A DNA stretch of 64,000 nt from an uncultured Azospirillum sp. (GCA_902489795.1 CABUBU010000002.1:13207-77206); one strand, 5' to 3'; positions 9,039-17,567 are shown, counted from the stretch's first letter. Program-made: numbers and translations. The notes: generated by a model from the letters alone, not told the origin.

Positions 9039-12000
9039 ATGAGTAATCAGGTATTGTTGGGGCAGGCGCTGCGGTCGATTGTCCTGAAAGGTTCAAAGGA
9101 AACCGAAGAGCGTTATGAGCGGGAGTTGGCCGCGGCGGAAGCCGACCGCAAAAAGGCCGAAGCCGAATTTAGGGCTGCCGGTGCCGTCCGCATCAAGGAG
9201 ATAAAACAGCGGATCGGAGAGCTTTCGGCAGAGATCAGACAGGCTGCGCCGCAACAAAAGAGAACGCTCGGCGAAGAAATCAAAAAGCTGAATGCGGAGA
9301 TTGAGAGCCTGAAAACGCCGCCGGCCAACCGTTTTGCTTATCTTGACAGCGAAATCAAGGCCTATGCCGGCAGTCAGCTGCTGTTTAAACCGCTGCTTTC
9401 GCCGCAGACGCTGGCAAAATACGGCGTTGCCTTTTCTTTTAACGAGCAGGGGCGGCTGGTGCTTGATGCCGACGAGTTGCGCGAGAGCCCCCTCGGCGAC
9501 AAAATCCGCTCCGGCGCCGATTATATTTTCGAACGCACCCGCGATCTTGGCGAAAAAATTACCCGTGCCGCCGACGTCAACAACATTGTGCTGATGGATG
9601 CCAAAAGACTGTTGTCGAGGGAACCGGAAGAAATAGATTTTGAACTGATTGAGGAATGTCATAACGCGTTCAATGCGGAAAAGGCCGAGCGGGAAAAGAA
9701 AAGCAAGGAGCTTGCCCGCCGCCGTGAGGAAAGCCGCACCGGCATCAGGGTGATAAAAGAGTATCCCGACGGCTATTCGATGGTCGAAATGCTGCCGAGT
9801 CCGGTTTATGACGAAAACGGAAAACTGCTTCATCATGTTTCGCTGAAATACGAATCCGACGAGATGGGGCACTGCGTCGGCCGCGGGGGATATAATGACC
9901 GTATCGGCACCGAAGGCTGGCATTTTTATTCGCTGCGCGGCCCGAACGAGGACGGCGTGTTGGTGCCGCACTGCACGATTTCGATAGAAAACGGCCGCCT
10001 GGCGCAAATCAAAGGCAATTCCAACCTGGCGGTCAAAAACCGTTATGTGGCCGACGTGCGCGATTTTGTGCAGTCGCTTGACATGCCGATTCCCAATTCG
10101 GAAAAGGAACGCATCGGTTATGTAAAAGACGTTAACAGGCGGGAAGTCGACCTGTTTGATTTGCAGCCGGGAACGGAACTAGAGAGTCTGAAGCTTGCGG
10201 CCGGCGATTATAAGGGCATCCGGTTGCAAAATGTTGCCCGGGTCGGCTGTCTGAGTTTTGAAGGCAAAGTCGATCTCAGAGATTACCGCGAGGCGGCGGC
10301 AATCGGCCGTATCGATTCCCTGACGCTGGAAACAGCGGAAGACGCGGCTCTTTACGATCGGGTGCCGCTCAATGTTGGCAAACTGCTGATTACCGGCGGC
10401 ATTCTGCCGCGGCATCTGGGACGGGCCGAAACCGTTGTGCTGGGCAAAGACGCAAAAGTGGACTTTTCCCGCGACTGGGAGAACGTCCGCCGGCTGGAAC
10501 TGAACGATGAAACCGTTCTTGACGCCCGGCGGCTGCCGGTGTTTGCCGAAGGGATCAAAGGCGGCATCTGGCATCATGTGGAAAATCTGACAACGTTTGA
10601 ATTGTTGAACAAAATGCTCGGAAGCGAATGGACTGCTGCTCATTGCCGGGTAGAAAACGGCAAGACGATTGTTGATGCCGACCTGGACTTAAGCGGGCGC
10701 GGCCTTGTCCGGCTGCCGCCGGATATGAAAAATACGGTAGTTCTGGGAACGCTTGATTTGTCGGATAATCGGCTGGACGATGTCAGTGCGCCGCTTGCGT
10801 ATCCGGATTGCGAAAGAATGATTTTGCGGAACGGTTTCGGCGTATATAATCCCGATCGTTTTGAAGCGCTGCCGTATTTGGCGGAGGGAATAGACTGCCG
10901 TCCTCGGGACGTATATCTGGAAAACCGCAATTTGGCCGAAGTGCTGGACAAATTTGCTCTGATCGACAGGGCGCGGATTAAAAACGAAAACGGCCGTTTC
11001 ATAATTGACGGCGACCTGGATCTGGATTCGCTGAATACGTTTGACGGTTCCGGTTTCCCCGGCCGTAACATTGAGAACATTGAAGTGACGGGGCGGTTTA
11101 CGGCGTTGTCCGAAATGACAGAATATCCTTCCTGTCGCACGCTTTGCCTGAGAGCTCTGCCGCAGGACGTTACGGTGTCTGATCAAACGGAAAAGGTGGT
11201 GTTTTTGCCGTCCCGCGAACATATAAGCAGGTTGAAAGGCAAAAATCTGAAACGGGTTGTTTTCAATGACTGCTATCTGACCTGCGCGGATTTGCATAAA
11301 TTTGATCCCGGCGTCAGTTATGAAGGAACTTTTTACTTAAAGGACGAGCCGGAAGCGGAAAAACCGGCAATGCAAGATTTCTCCGGCCTGCGGTTTGAAG
11401 GCATGTTAACAATTTCCGGCACCTGCAACATTGAAGGCATCAGTCGTTTGCCCCATTGTAAAAAAGTGAATTTTCACGGACGCGTAACGGAAAAGGAATT
11501 GCTGATGCTGCATCCCGAAACCGAAGAACTGCTCTGTCCCGACACGTTTGATTTGGATATGCTTCCCGCCGGCAGCCGTTTGAAATATATTTCTCTCAAC
11601 AGCAATTTTTATCACCGGAAAAAGGAAGAGTATACGGATTTTCTGCGTCGGGCTTCCGAGCGCGGAATCGTGTGCGGCTACGGCATTGAACCCGACTTAT
11701 CGCAGGATTTGTCCGATTGTCTGATGAAAAAGGTAGAACTACGCTGGGATGAGCAGCATAAGGATATTTCAACTCTGCCGCAGGCAGAAGAACTGCGCAT
11801 ACACAGTCCCGCTTACGGTTTTGACAATCGTTTTTTAAAAGATGCTTCGTCATATTTGAAAGTGTTGGATCTGTCCTATATGCGCGATCCTGTCGATTTT
11901 TCGGCACTGCCGCGGGATGTCGCTTTGCAGGAACTGTCCCTCGGCGACAGTCCGGTGCAAAGCGATATTCTCGAACAGTTGCCGAAATCGCTTGAATCAA

Positions 12001-12803
12001 TCCGGTTTCTGCGTTGTTCGGGCAACCCTGATCTGGAACCGATTAACCGTATGCCGAATTTGCAACGTCTCGACGTTTCCCAGATGATGGTCCCGGCCGA
12101 CGCGCTCGACCGGGTTGACCCCGATCGTCTGGCAGCGCTTGAGGTGAGCGGCGACACCGGTTTGGTCATGCGGGCGGAGGAGATCGTTGCCATCCATCAA
12201 TTGCCGCCGTCAAAGGAGAATGATCAGATCAGGAAAATGCATGAGTGGCTGACGACGGAAAACAAAGAAGTGCCCTATTTTGTCCGGCAGGTTGTTTTTT
12301 ACGGAACGGCCGGAGAGATATTGTCCGGCAAACATCCGCAGGCGGTTACGGCGGAGGAAATTGCCGCCAGGGTCAAAGGCGTGGAAAACTTCATGCTGGA
12401 CAACTGTGCCAAAATCATCATGGCGGAAGAACGCGGCCATAAAACCGGCAGCGAAAAGGCCGGTCGCGCCGTTTTGGGGGAAAACAAAGGGAAAAAGCCC
12501 GGTTTCTACGGTCATGTCACCGGTTATTATACGCATAGTCCCGATATTTCCAAAGCCGGCAAAATCGTCAGGTCGGTTTTGACCCGCAGTATCCGCCATC
12601 ATCCTGATTTTGCCAAAGCAGAAGAAATTGTTGCCGGCCGTCTGTCCGCGCATGCCCGAAATTTGCAGTTGAATTTCAACCGGCAGCTGACGGATCGGGG
12701 ACAAACGCTCAAAGCTTACGTCAATGCCGCACGGTACAACCAAGGCAATGCCGGTTTTAACGCTGCGGTTCGGAAAATGCACGAGTACAAAAGATACGGC
12801 TGA
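9039..12803 (+). CDS. large (1254 aa) PcfJ-like domain + leucine-rich-repeat protein, putative secreted effector/surface protein
   Basis: N-terminal coiled coil. PcfJ-like core as I recall it: EMGHCVGRGGYNDRIGTEGWHFYSLRG...HCTISIENGRLAQIKGNSN. Canonical LRR units (e.g. LDLSGRGLVRLPPDMKNTVVLGTLDLSDNRLDDVS) are followed by a long run of irregular L/I/V-x repeats. No signal peptide. Confidence 0.8.
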   Translation: MSNQVLLGQALRSIVLKGSKETEERYERELAAAEADRKKAEAEFRAAGAVRIKEIKQRIGELSAEIRQAAPQQKRTLGEEIKKLNAEIESLKTPPANRFAYLDSEIKAYAGSQLLFKPLLSPQTLAKYGVAFSFNEQGRLVLDADELRESPLGDKIRSGADYIFERTRDLGEKITRAADVNNIVLMDAKRLLSREPEEIDFELIEECHNAFNAEKAEREKKSKELARRREESRTGIRVIKEYPDGYSMVEMLPSPVYDENGKLLHHVSLKYESDEMGHCVGRGGYNDRIGTEGWHFYSLRGPNEDGVLVPHCTISIENGRLAQIKGNSNLAVKNRYVADVRDFVQSLDMPIPNSEKERIGYVKDVNRREVDLFDLQPGTELESLKLAAGDYKGIRLQNVARVGCLSFEGKVDLRDYREAAAIGRIDSLTLETAEDAALYDRVPLNVGKLLITGGILPRHLGRAETVVLGKDAKVDFSRDWENVRRLELNDETVLDARRLPVFAEGIKGGIWHHVENLTTFELLNKMLGSEWTAAHCRVENGKTIVDADLDLSGRGLVRLPPDMKNTVVLGTLDLSDNRLDDVSAPLAYPDCERMILRNGFGVYNPDRFEALPYLAEGIDCRPRDVYLENRNLAEVLDKFALIDRARIKNENGRFIIDGDLDLDSLNTFDGSGFPGRNIENIEVTGRFTALSEMTEYPSCRTLCLRALPQDVTVSDQTEKVVFLPSREHISRLKGKNLKRVVFNDCYLTCADLHKFDPGVSYEGTFYLKDEPEAEKPAMQDFSGLRFEGMLTISGTCNIEGISRLPHCKKVNFHGRVTEKELLMLHPETEELLCPDTFDLDMLPAGSRLKYISLNSNFYHRKKEEYTDFLRRASERGIVCGYGIEPDLSQDLSDCLMKKVELRWDEQHKDISTLPQAEELRIHSPAYGFDNRFLKDASSYLKVLDLSYMRDPVDFSALPRDVALQELSLGDSPVQSDILEQLPKSLESIRFLRCSGNPDLEPINRMPNLQRLDVSQMMVPADALDRVDPDRLAALEVSGDTGLVMRAEEIVAIHQLPPSKENDQIRKMHEWLTTENKEVPYFVRQVVFYGTAGEILSGKHPQAVTAEEIAARVKGVENFMLDNCAKIIMAEERGHKTGSEKAGRAVLGENKGKKPGFYGHVTGYYTHSPDISKAGKIVRSVLTRSIRHHPDFAKAEEIVAGRLSAHARNLQLNFNRQLTDRGQTLKAYVNAARYNQGNAGFNAAVRKMHEYKRYG

Positions 12804-13277
12804 CCTGCTGCATATGTCTGTAATTTGCCGTTGAGTTTCAACCGGCGGCAGGCACCGGGCAGAACTTGCCGCTCAAGTTTATGCCGCACGATACAGCCAA
12901 AACAATGGCGGTTTTAACACAGCGGTTCGGAAAATGCATGAGTATAAATAGATACGGCTGACCTGCTGCATATGTCTGTAATTTGCCGTTGAGTTTCAAC
13001 CGGCGGCAGGCACCGGGCAGAACTTGCCGCTCAAGTTTATGCCGCACGATACAGCCAAAACAATGGCGGTTTTAACACAGCGGTTCGGAAAATGCATGAG
13101 TATAAATAGATACGGCTGACCTGCTGCATATGTCTGTAATTTGCCGTTGAGTTTCAACCGGCGGCAGGCACCGGGCAGAACTTGCCGCTCAAGTTTATGC
13201 CGCACGATACAGCCAAAACAATGGCGGTTTTAACACAGCGGTTCGAAAAATGCATGAGTATAAAAGATACGGCTGAA
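12640..13277 (+). repeat. tandem array: last ~160 bp of the LRR gene plus three downstream 158/158/156-bp copies
   Basis: TGACCTGCTG recurs at 12801, 12959 and 13117 (period 158), and the array ends at the TGA at 13273-13275. The two identical 69-aa track ORFs (12838..13047 and 12996..13205) show the downstream copies are essentially identical. The in-gene copy is clearly more divergent and carries indels. Confidence 0.9.
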
Positions 13278-13347
13278 TGCCGGCACATGGTTTTGGGATT
13301 TTTTTTCACACAAAAGGCGGAATTAAAATCCCGCCTGCATGACGTCA

Positions 13348-13521
13348 GTTTTTTTATATTTCCTTTTTTCTTGTTTTTTCTTTCCCCTTGCTTCCTTCCT
13401 CTTTTTTCTTTCCGTTCCTCTATCTCTTTCCTCTTTTTTCTCTTCCCTTTGTTCTTGTTTTGCTCCTCTTTCCCTTGTTTTTACCTCTCTTTTTTTCTCT
13501 TCCTTTCTCTCTTTTTCCCCT
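13348..13521 (+). repeat. polypyrimidine (C/T) tract on the + strand
   Basis: About 170 bp made almost entirely of T and C with only scattered purines (tttttatatttccttttttcttgttttttctttcccc...ctctttttcccc). Confidence 0.9.
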
Positions 13522-13884
13522 GTGAGATTCAAAACAAATCAAAAATAATCAATCCGTTGAGCCATTCCGCATATCGCAAAGCTCACGCTTATATACCGAT
13601 AAGTTCTTCCCCATGGATAAAACTGTTATATCGAAACATTCTGACCACTATGCTGAATTTTCCCGGTTTTCGTGTCGAATTTGTTCCGGCATCTTATATT
13701 CTGTTTTGAGTCTTTCGCATCTTTTATTTTTTTCTCTTTTCTTTCCCGCTGTTTGGGTGAGATCCATGAATTTGCTCATTTTATTCGCTTGTAAAATGAC
13801 AGAGCAGGGTGGTTTCTGCTTATAGGCGACGGCTTTTTCTGTCATGATTCCGACAGGCGAGGCCTTGACGAATTGAGAAATTCT

Positions 13885-13930
13885 TCCTTCTCCTTCTCCT
13901 TCTCCTTCTCCTTCTCCTTCTCCTTCTCCG
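13885..13930 (+). repeat. hexanucleotide microsatellite (CTCCTT)n, about 7.7 units
   Basis: Six perfect CTCCTT units at 13891-13926, preceded by TTCCTT and followed by the partial unit CTCC. Confidence 0.95.
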
Positions 13931-14176
13931 GTTCCTCTTTGCCGAGTCAGTATTTAGCACCCGTCATGGATATCTCCCGGTAGATTGGTAGTTATGAAAC
14001 AGCAAAGCTAACGGTTTGCCCATGATCAAAGACGTGTGGCGGTGTTGTCCCGATACCAAAGCATTCAATTCCCGGTAAACAGGGGCTGTAAGAAATGTAT
14101 AAAAAAACAAAAGCGCCGAAAAAACGCTTTTGTCAGAACGGGTTAAATTCACTCCTTATTTTTCTTTTTACCGTTT

Positions 14177-14506
14177 TTAATACCAGTAAAATTTCAGGAA
14201 ATTATGCGCGTAATACCAGCAGCCGCCGACCATGGCAAGGGAAACGGCAAGCAGTCCCGCGCGTTTGGCGAGAGTCGCTTGTTTGAAGAAAAAACTGCGG
14301 TAAAGAAAAGCGAACGCAATTCCGTACGCGATCACGATCGCAAAATAAATCTGTCGGTGTTTTAATATGTTGGCGGGATTGGATATATAATAAGCCGGTC
14401 TGCCGAAAAAGGAATTGAAAATTTCAAAGGCAAAAACCGAGAAAAAGATCAGCCAGCAGAAGGCAAAAATAAAATTTACACTGTTGGAAATGAATTTATT
14501 GTTCAT
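14177..14506 (-). CDS. small multi-pass membrane protein, distant member of the island family
   Basis: 109-aa ORF with 3-4 hydrophobic helices, the motif RQIYFAIV after the first loop, an aromatic C-terminus FLKFYWY, and the same strand and tight spacing as the neighbours. Confidence 0.55.
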   Translation of the reverse strand: MNNKFISNSVNFIFAFCWLIFFSVFAFEIFNSFFGRPAYYISNPANILKHRQIYFAIVIAYGIAFAFLYRSFFFKQATLAKRAGLLAVSLAMVGGCWYYAHNFLKFYWY

Positions 14507-14545
14507 GATAAGCTCCGATATAAAAAGCGTCTTGTCAAAATCCTG

Positions 14546-15010
14546 TCAGCGGATGTGTTCAAGGTAATAATCAAACCAAAACGAAGAGGTTATTTCCCAT
14601 TCCGGATACTGCTCAACGAAATAAACGTCAATATATGCCAGCATGAAAGCCGGGATGAAAAGAAAAACGGACGCGATCAGAATGAAAGTCTTATGCCACA
14701 GGTTGCGCGGGCAGAGGAAGTAATGCCGGTAAAAACGCCAGGCGATCCAAAGATATATAAACAGCAGTGCATAATGGACGGCCATATAAATATAAATGTT
14801 TCGTCCGTATGAGGCCGCACTGCGGAACACGCCGATATAAGCCCCGTCGACTTGTTTGAACAGGTAGCCGAAAAAAAGCAGCCATATGATCAAAAACGCC
14901 GAATTGAGCAGCAAATTATAGACGTTAACCAGCCAGACCGGAAAATGAATATCATCGTCTTCGGTAAAAAATGCGGCAATTTGTTCGTATTTTGTTTTTT
15001 TGTCAGTCAT
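14546..15010 (-). CDS. small multi-pass membrane protein, distant member of the island family
   Basis: 154-aa ORF with a loop ending GRNIYIY, SSFWFD near the C-terminus, and its own promoter at 15045-15073. Confidence 0.6.
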   Translation of the reverse strand: MTDKKTKYEQIAAFFTEDDDIHFPVWLVNVYNLLLNSAFLIIWLLFFGYLFKQVDGAYIGVFRSAASYGRNIYIYMAVHYALLFIYLWIAWRFYRHYFLCPRNLWHKTFILIASVFLFIPAFMLAYIDVYFVEQYPEWEITSSFWFDYYLEHIR

Positions 15011-15020
15011 AACAACCCCA

Positions 15021-15046
15021 CAGTTTGCAACGGTTTATGCAAACTG
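15021..15046. promoter_or_regulatory. perfect 9-bp inverted repeat CAGTTTGCA-N8-TGCAAACTG at the predicted transcription start
   Basis: Arms at 15021-15029 and 15038-15046. It overlaps the -10 by 2 nt and lies 11 nt upstream of the ATG at 15010. Confidence 0.5.
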
Positions 15047-15073
15047 TATAATACAAACGATTTTGTTTGTCAA
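15045..15073 (-). promoter_or_regulatory. sigma70-like promoter of the 154-aa membrane-protein gene
   Basis: Minus strand reads TTGACA (15073-15068), a 17-nt spacer, then TATACA (15050-15045). The upstream context CAACTTTTAATTGACA matches the other island promoters. Confidence 0.55.
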
Positions 15074-15278
15074 TTAAAAGTTGCTGAATTTGTCAATTTT
15101 GCAACCATAGGTTGTAATTCGTCTTAATGCCTTAAAAAAACACAAATTATTATAGACGAATTTTTATAAAAATAAACATTTTTTTATTCTGGTTCGGATA
15201 AAATTTTTCATTTTCCGACATGTTATGAAAAAAGGAAGCGTTTTTGTTTCCTTTTGGCTGCCGATTCGTTCGCAGAAG

Positions 15279-16220
15279 TCATTCTGATGCCCAAAAGGCA
15301 TTGTAACTGCTGTCATTTAAAATCGGCAATTCGTAAATTGCCGCAAACAGCAGGAAGGCGATGACCGCGCACAAAGCCGAGCCGGCAAGAGCAATAATCC
15401 GGGTTTTAATCCGGCTTTCGGCGGCAAACATCATTTGTCCGAATTTATAGAAAAAATAGCTGTAGACCACGGTTAATGCTGCGGCGAATATCGTATAGGC
15501 GTAAATGTTGCCTTGATACGTCTGTCCGAGAATAATTATTACCGTGTACATGCGGTAAAGAAAATAATAGAAAAAGCCCCAGCCACAGACAAAAAGCAGC
15601 TGCGCGATTACGGCGGCCAGTATAATCATCGGCTTTTCGCGGGTGAATTCTTTTGTCGGCAGTCCGTCGCCGTCATCGTTTATTAAACCGGTTTTCCTTT
15701 TTGGGGTATCATCCTGATCTTGGTTTCTGAAAACTACGGTTTGTTTTATGTCCGCGTCTGTTAAATTGTCTGTATAAGCGGCGGGTGGGGAAGAGACGGA
15801 ACGATTTGCCCGACTGTTTAACACGGCGAGCCGCTTCGGCGTTTGCAAAGCTTTGTCCGCCGCTTTCTGGCGGCCGGTCAGACTGGAGCGTCTGCCGTTC
15901 TCTTCGGGCGTATTTTCGCAAACGACGGTTTTGTTTTTTTCCGGAGAGAAGAAGAAAATTTTTTCTTTTCGTTTTGGCTTGCGGGAATGAGGGAAAAACG
16001 TCTGGTGCCGAACGTTTCCTGTCGGACGGTCGCTTTGCCGATTTTCTTTGTCTTGGTTGTTTTTGGCGGAATCATAATCCGCTTTGCCGGCCGGCGGCAT
16101 TTCATCTGAAGACGGGATGATAGTCGTTTTTTCATCTTTGATTGAGAAAGAGCGGGCTTCTTTTTTGGGGGTGCTGGGGTTCGTCGGAAATGTTTTTCCG
16201 ACGGGCATTGGATGTTCCAT
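15279..16220 (-). CDS. island-family membrane domain fused to a ~190-aa low-complexity N-terminal extension
   Basis: 313-aa ORF. The C-terminal ~120 aa (…LLFVCGWGFFYYFLY…GQTYQGNIYAY…YKFGQMMF…NAFWASE) aligns with the 136-141-aa paralogs. The N-terminus is rich in K/P/S/T/N/D. Confidence 0.7.
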   Translation of the reverse strand: MEHPMPVGKTFPTNPSTPKKEARSFSIKDEKTTIIPSSDEMPPAGKADYDSAKNNQDKENRQSDRPTGNVRHQTFFPHSRKPKRKEKIFFFSPEKNKTVVCENTPEENGRRSSLTGRQKAADKALQTPKRLAVLNSRANRSVSSPPAAYTDNLTDADIKQTVVFRNQDQDDTPKRKTGLINDDGDGLPTKEFTREKPMIILAAVIAQLLFVCGWGFFYYFLYRMYTVIIILGQTYQGNIYAYTIFAAALTVVYSYFFYKFGQMMFAAESRIKTRIIALAGSALCAVIAFLLFAAIYELPILNDSSYNAFWASE

Positions 16221-16565
16221 GTTTTTATTTTCCTTGTTGCAACCTTTTAATTAAGCTCCGGAAGATAAAAATCAATGCCTGATTGTTAAATATTTCGCCT
16301 TGCCGCCTTCTGTTTTGAAAAGGGGATACAACTTGCCCGAAGCTGAACCGGACTGTACAAAAAAATCGTTGCCTTCCGCATAGAACGGAAGATTGATTTG
16401 TCCCGACGGAAAAATTGTTCGGCCGCCGGTGCGAAAGCTTTTCCGTCCGTCAAAAGTTAATTATCTTTTGGGTGCGATATGAAAAAATTAATTAATTATC
16501 ACGGAAAAAAACAAAGTTTTTCTGCAACTCCATATTATGTTTAGATAGGAAATCAAACGATTCTG

Positions 16566-16976
16566 TTATTGTGCCCAAAAGGCCGTATACGTTCCTGAAC
16601 GGAAAAAAGGCAAAAGCTGAACGCCGCTATATGCCGGAAACAGCAGAAAAGCGCAAATAAGCGAGCAGAATATTGCCCATACTTTTAATTTTAGGGAAGT
16701 GTGAGAACTAAACAGCATTTTGCCGAATTTATAACAACAATAAGGGTAAACCGCGGTAAGCAGTATGGCGTATAAAGTATCCGCATAAATGTTGCCCTTG
16801 GGGTCGGTTATTCCCGGAATAACAAATGAAAGATATAACCGTAAAAGATACAGAAAGAAAACTCCTCACCCGAGGACAAAGATAATCTGCATTATCAATA
16901 CGGCGGTTGCGGAAAGAGGGTTTTGTTTAAAGTTGCTGATGTATTCTTTGCCATAGGCAGCGATTTTGTTTTTCAT
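16566..16976 (-). pseudogene. island-family paralog disrupted by one in-frame TGA
   Basis: Own translation: MKNKIAAYGKEYISNFKQNPLSATAVLIMQIIFVLG*GVFFLYLL...TAFWAQ. It is 137 codons, the same length as the 17157 paralog. The stop replaces the Trp of the conserved LGWG motif (TGG->TGA). Confidence 0.8.
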
Positions 16977-17009
16977 TTTGTTTATTCTCAATAACGTTTG
17001 GCAAGCGGT

Positions 17010-17024
17010 GTTCTGGTTTTGTTC
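17010..17024 (-). promoter_or_regulatory. LexA (SOS) box, alphaproteobacterial type GTTC-N7-GTTC
   Basis: + strand reads GTTC tggtttt GTTC, 33 nt upstream of the ATG at 16976. Confidence 0.55.
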
Positions 17025-17064
17025 TCTTTCGGGGTAAAAAAAACAATTCCTTAAATCTGTTCAA

Positions 17065-17093
17065 GAGATATAACGAAACTTTACTCCCGTCAA
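17065..17093 (-). promoter_or_regulatory. sigma70-like promoter of module copy 3
   Basis: Minus strand reads TTGACG (17093-17088), a 17-nt spacer, then TATCTC (17070-17065). Confidence 0.45.
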
Positions 17094-17156
17094 TCAAAAG
17101 TTGAAGCTTCTGTTTCGTTGTAACATATTTACTAGATTGAAAGCATTATAAATTTG

Positions 17157-17567
17157 TCAATCGGCCCAGAAAGCAACGCTGGTTTGCGGTAAAAAGAAAA
17201 CGGCTTCATTCAGCAGCAGCTGCAAAGGATATGCCAATATGGCACATAAAAGCGAAAGGGCTAAAATTATTACCTTTGGTTTAAGAGTATTGTTATTAAG
17301 AAAAAGAGTCCTAAAAGATTTGTAGATAAAAAACGAAAAGATAAAAGCGATGACTGTCAGCGAAAACGTTTCCGGATATATAGCGGTTTTGGTATATGTT
17401 CTGCCGGGAATGATATATCTTATGTATCTTTCACACAAGAAAGTATAAAAAGTTCCCCATCCGAGGATAAAGATAATCTGTATTATCAGTACGGCGGTTG
17501 CGGAAAGAGGGTTTTGTTTAAAGTTGTTAATATATTCTTTGCCGTAGGCGGCGATTTTGTTTTTCAT
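17157..17567 (-). CDS. island-family small membrane protein (136 aa from MKNK start)
   Basis: Track ORF 17157..17588. The start was moved to the MKNKIAAYG Met shared with the pseudogene copy, which lacks the upstream ATG. Motifs: LGWGTFY, PGRTYTKTAIY, YKSFRTLF, VAFWAD. Three to four predicted TM helices. Confidence 0.75.
   Translation of the reverse strand: MKNKIAAYGKEYINNFKQNPLSATAVLIIQIIFILGWGTFYTFLCERYIRYIIPGRTYTKTAIYPETFSLTVIAFIFSFFIYKSFRTLFLNNNTLKPKVIILALSLLCAILAYPLQLLLNEAVFFLPQTSVAFWAD

Larger units (their letters stand above)
16863..17107 (-). repeat. promoter + leader + 5' CDS module, copy 3 (more diverged)
   Basis: It aligns with 17454..17695 and 18434..18675. The coding part is nearly identical, the leader is diverged, and the -35, -10 and LexA box are retained. 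Confidence 0.85.

Noticed and set aside
12838-13205. Two identical 69-aa minus-strand ORFs.
   Set aside because: They are generated by the 158-bp tandem repeat itself and are antisense to decayed copies of the LRR-gene tail.
12640-13277. Possibility that the gene tail and downstream copies form a diversity-generating retroelement VR/TR pair, or a CRISPR array.
   Set aside because: Differences between the in-gene and downstream copies include indels and are not confined to adenine positions of the putative template. No reverse transcriptase is nearby. The units are contiguous with no unique spacers, so this is not CRISPR.
13323-13532. Lys/Glu/Arg-rich 69-aa ORF (minus) and Phe/Leu/Ser-rich ORFs (plus) across the polypyrimidine tract.
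   Set aside because: These are pure translation artefacts of a homopurine/homopyrimidine tract. There is no RBS or start context.
13683-13715. 12-nt match (TTCTGTTTTGAG) to the paralog leader module, suggesting a fourth decayed module.
   Set aside because: No flanking similarity. A single 12-mer match between a 240-bp query and both strands of 64 kb is expected by chance about once or twice.
13964-14152. 62-aa minus-strand ORF just downstream of the membrane-gene array.
   Set aside because: No family motifs, no hydrophobic helices like the neighbours and no start context. It may be a remnant, but it cannot be called.
16866-16868. UGA-to-Trp recoding as an explanation for the in-frame TGA in the paralog.
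   Set aside because: Well-supported genes in the window terminate at TGA (for example dnaE at 28519-28521 and popZ-like at 44212-44214), so standard code 11 applies.
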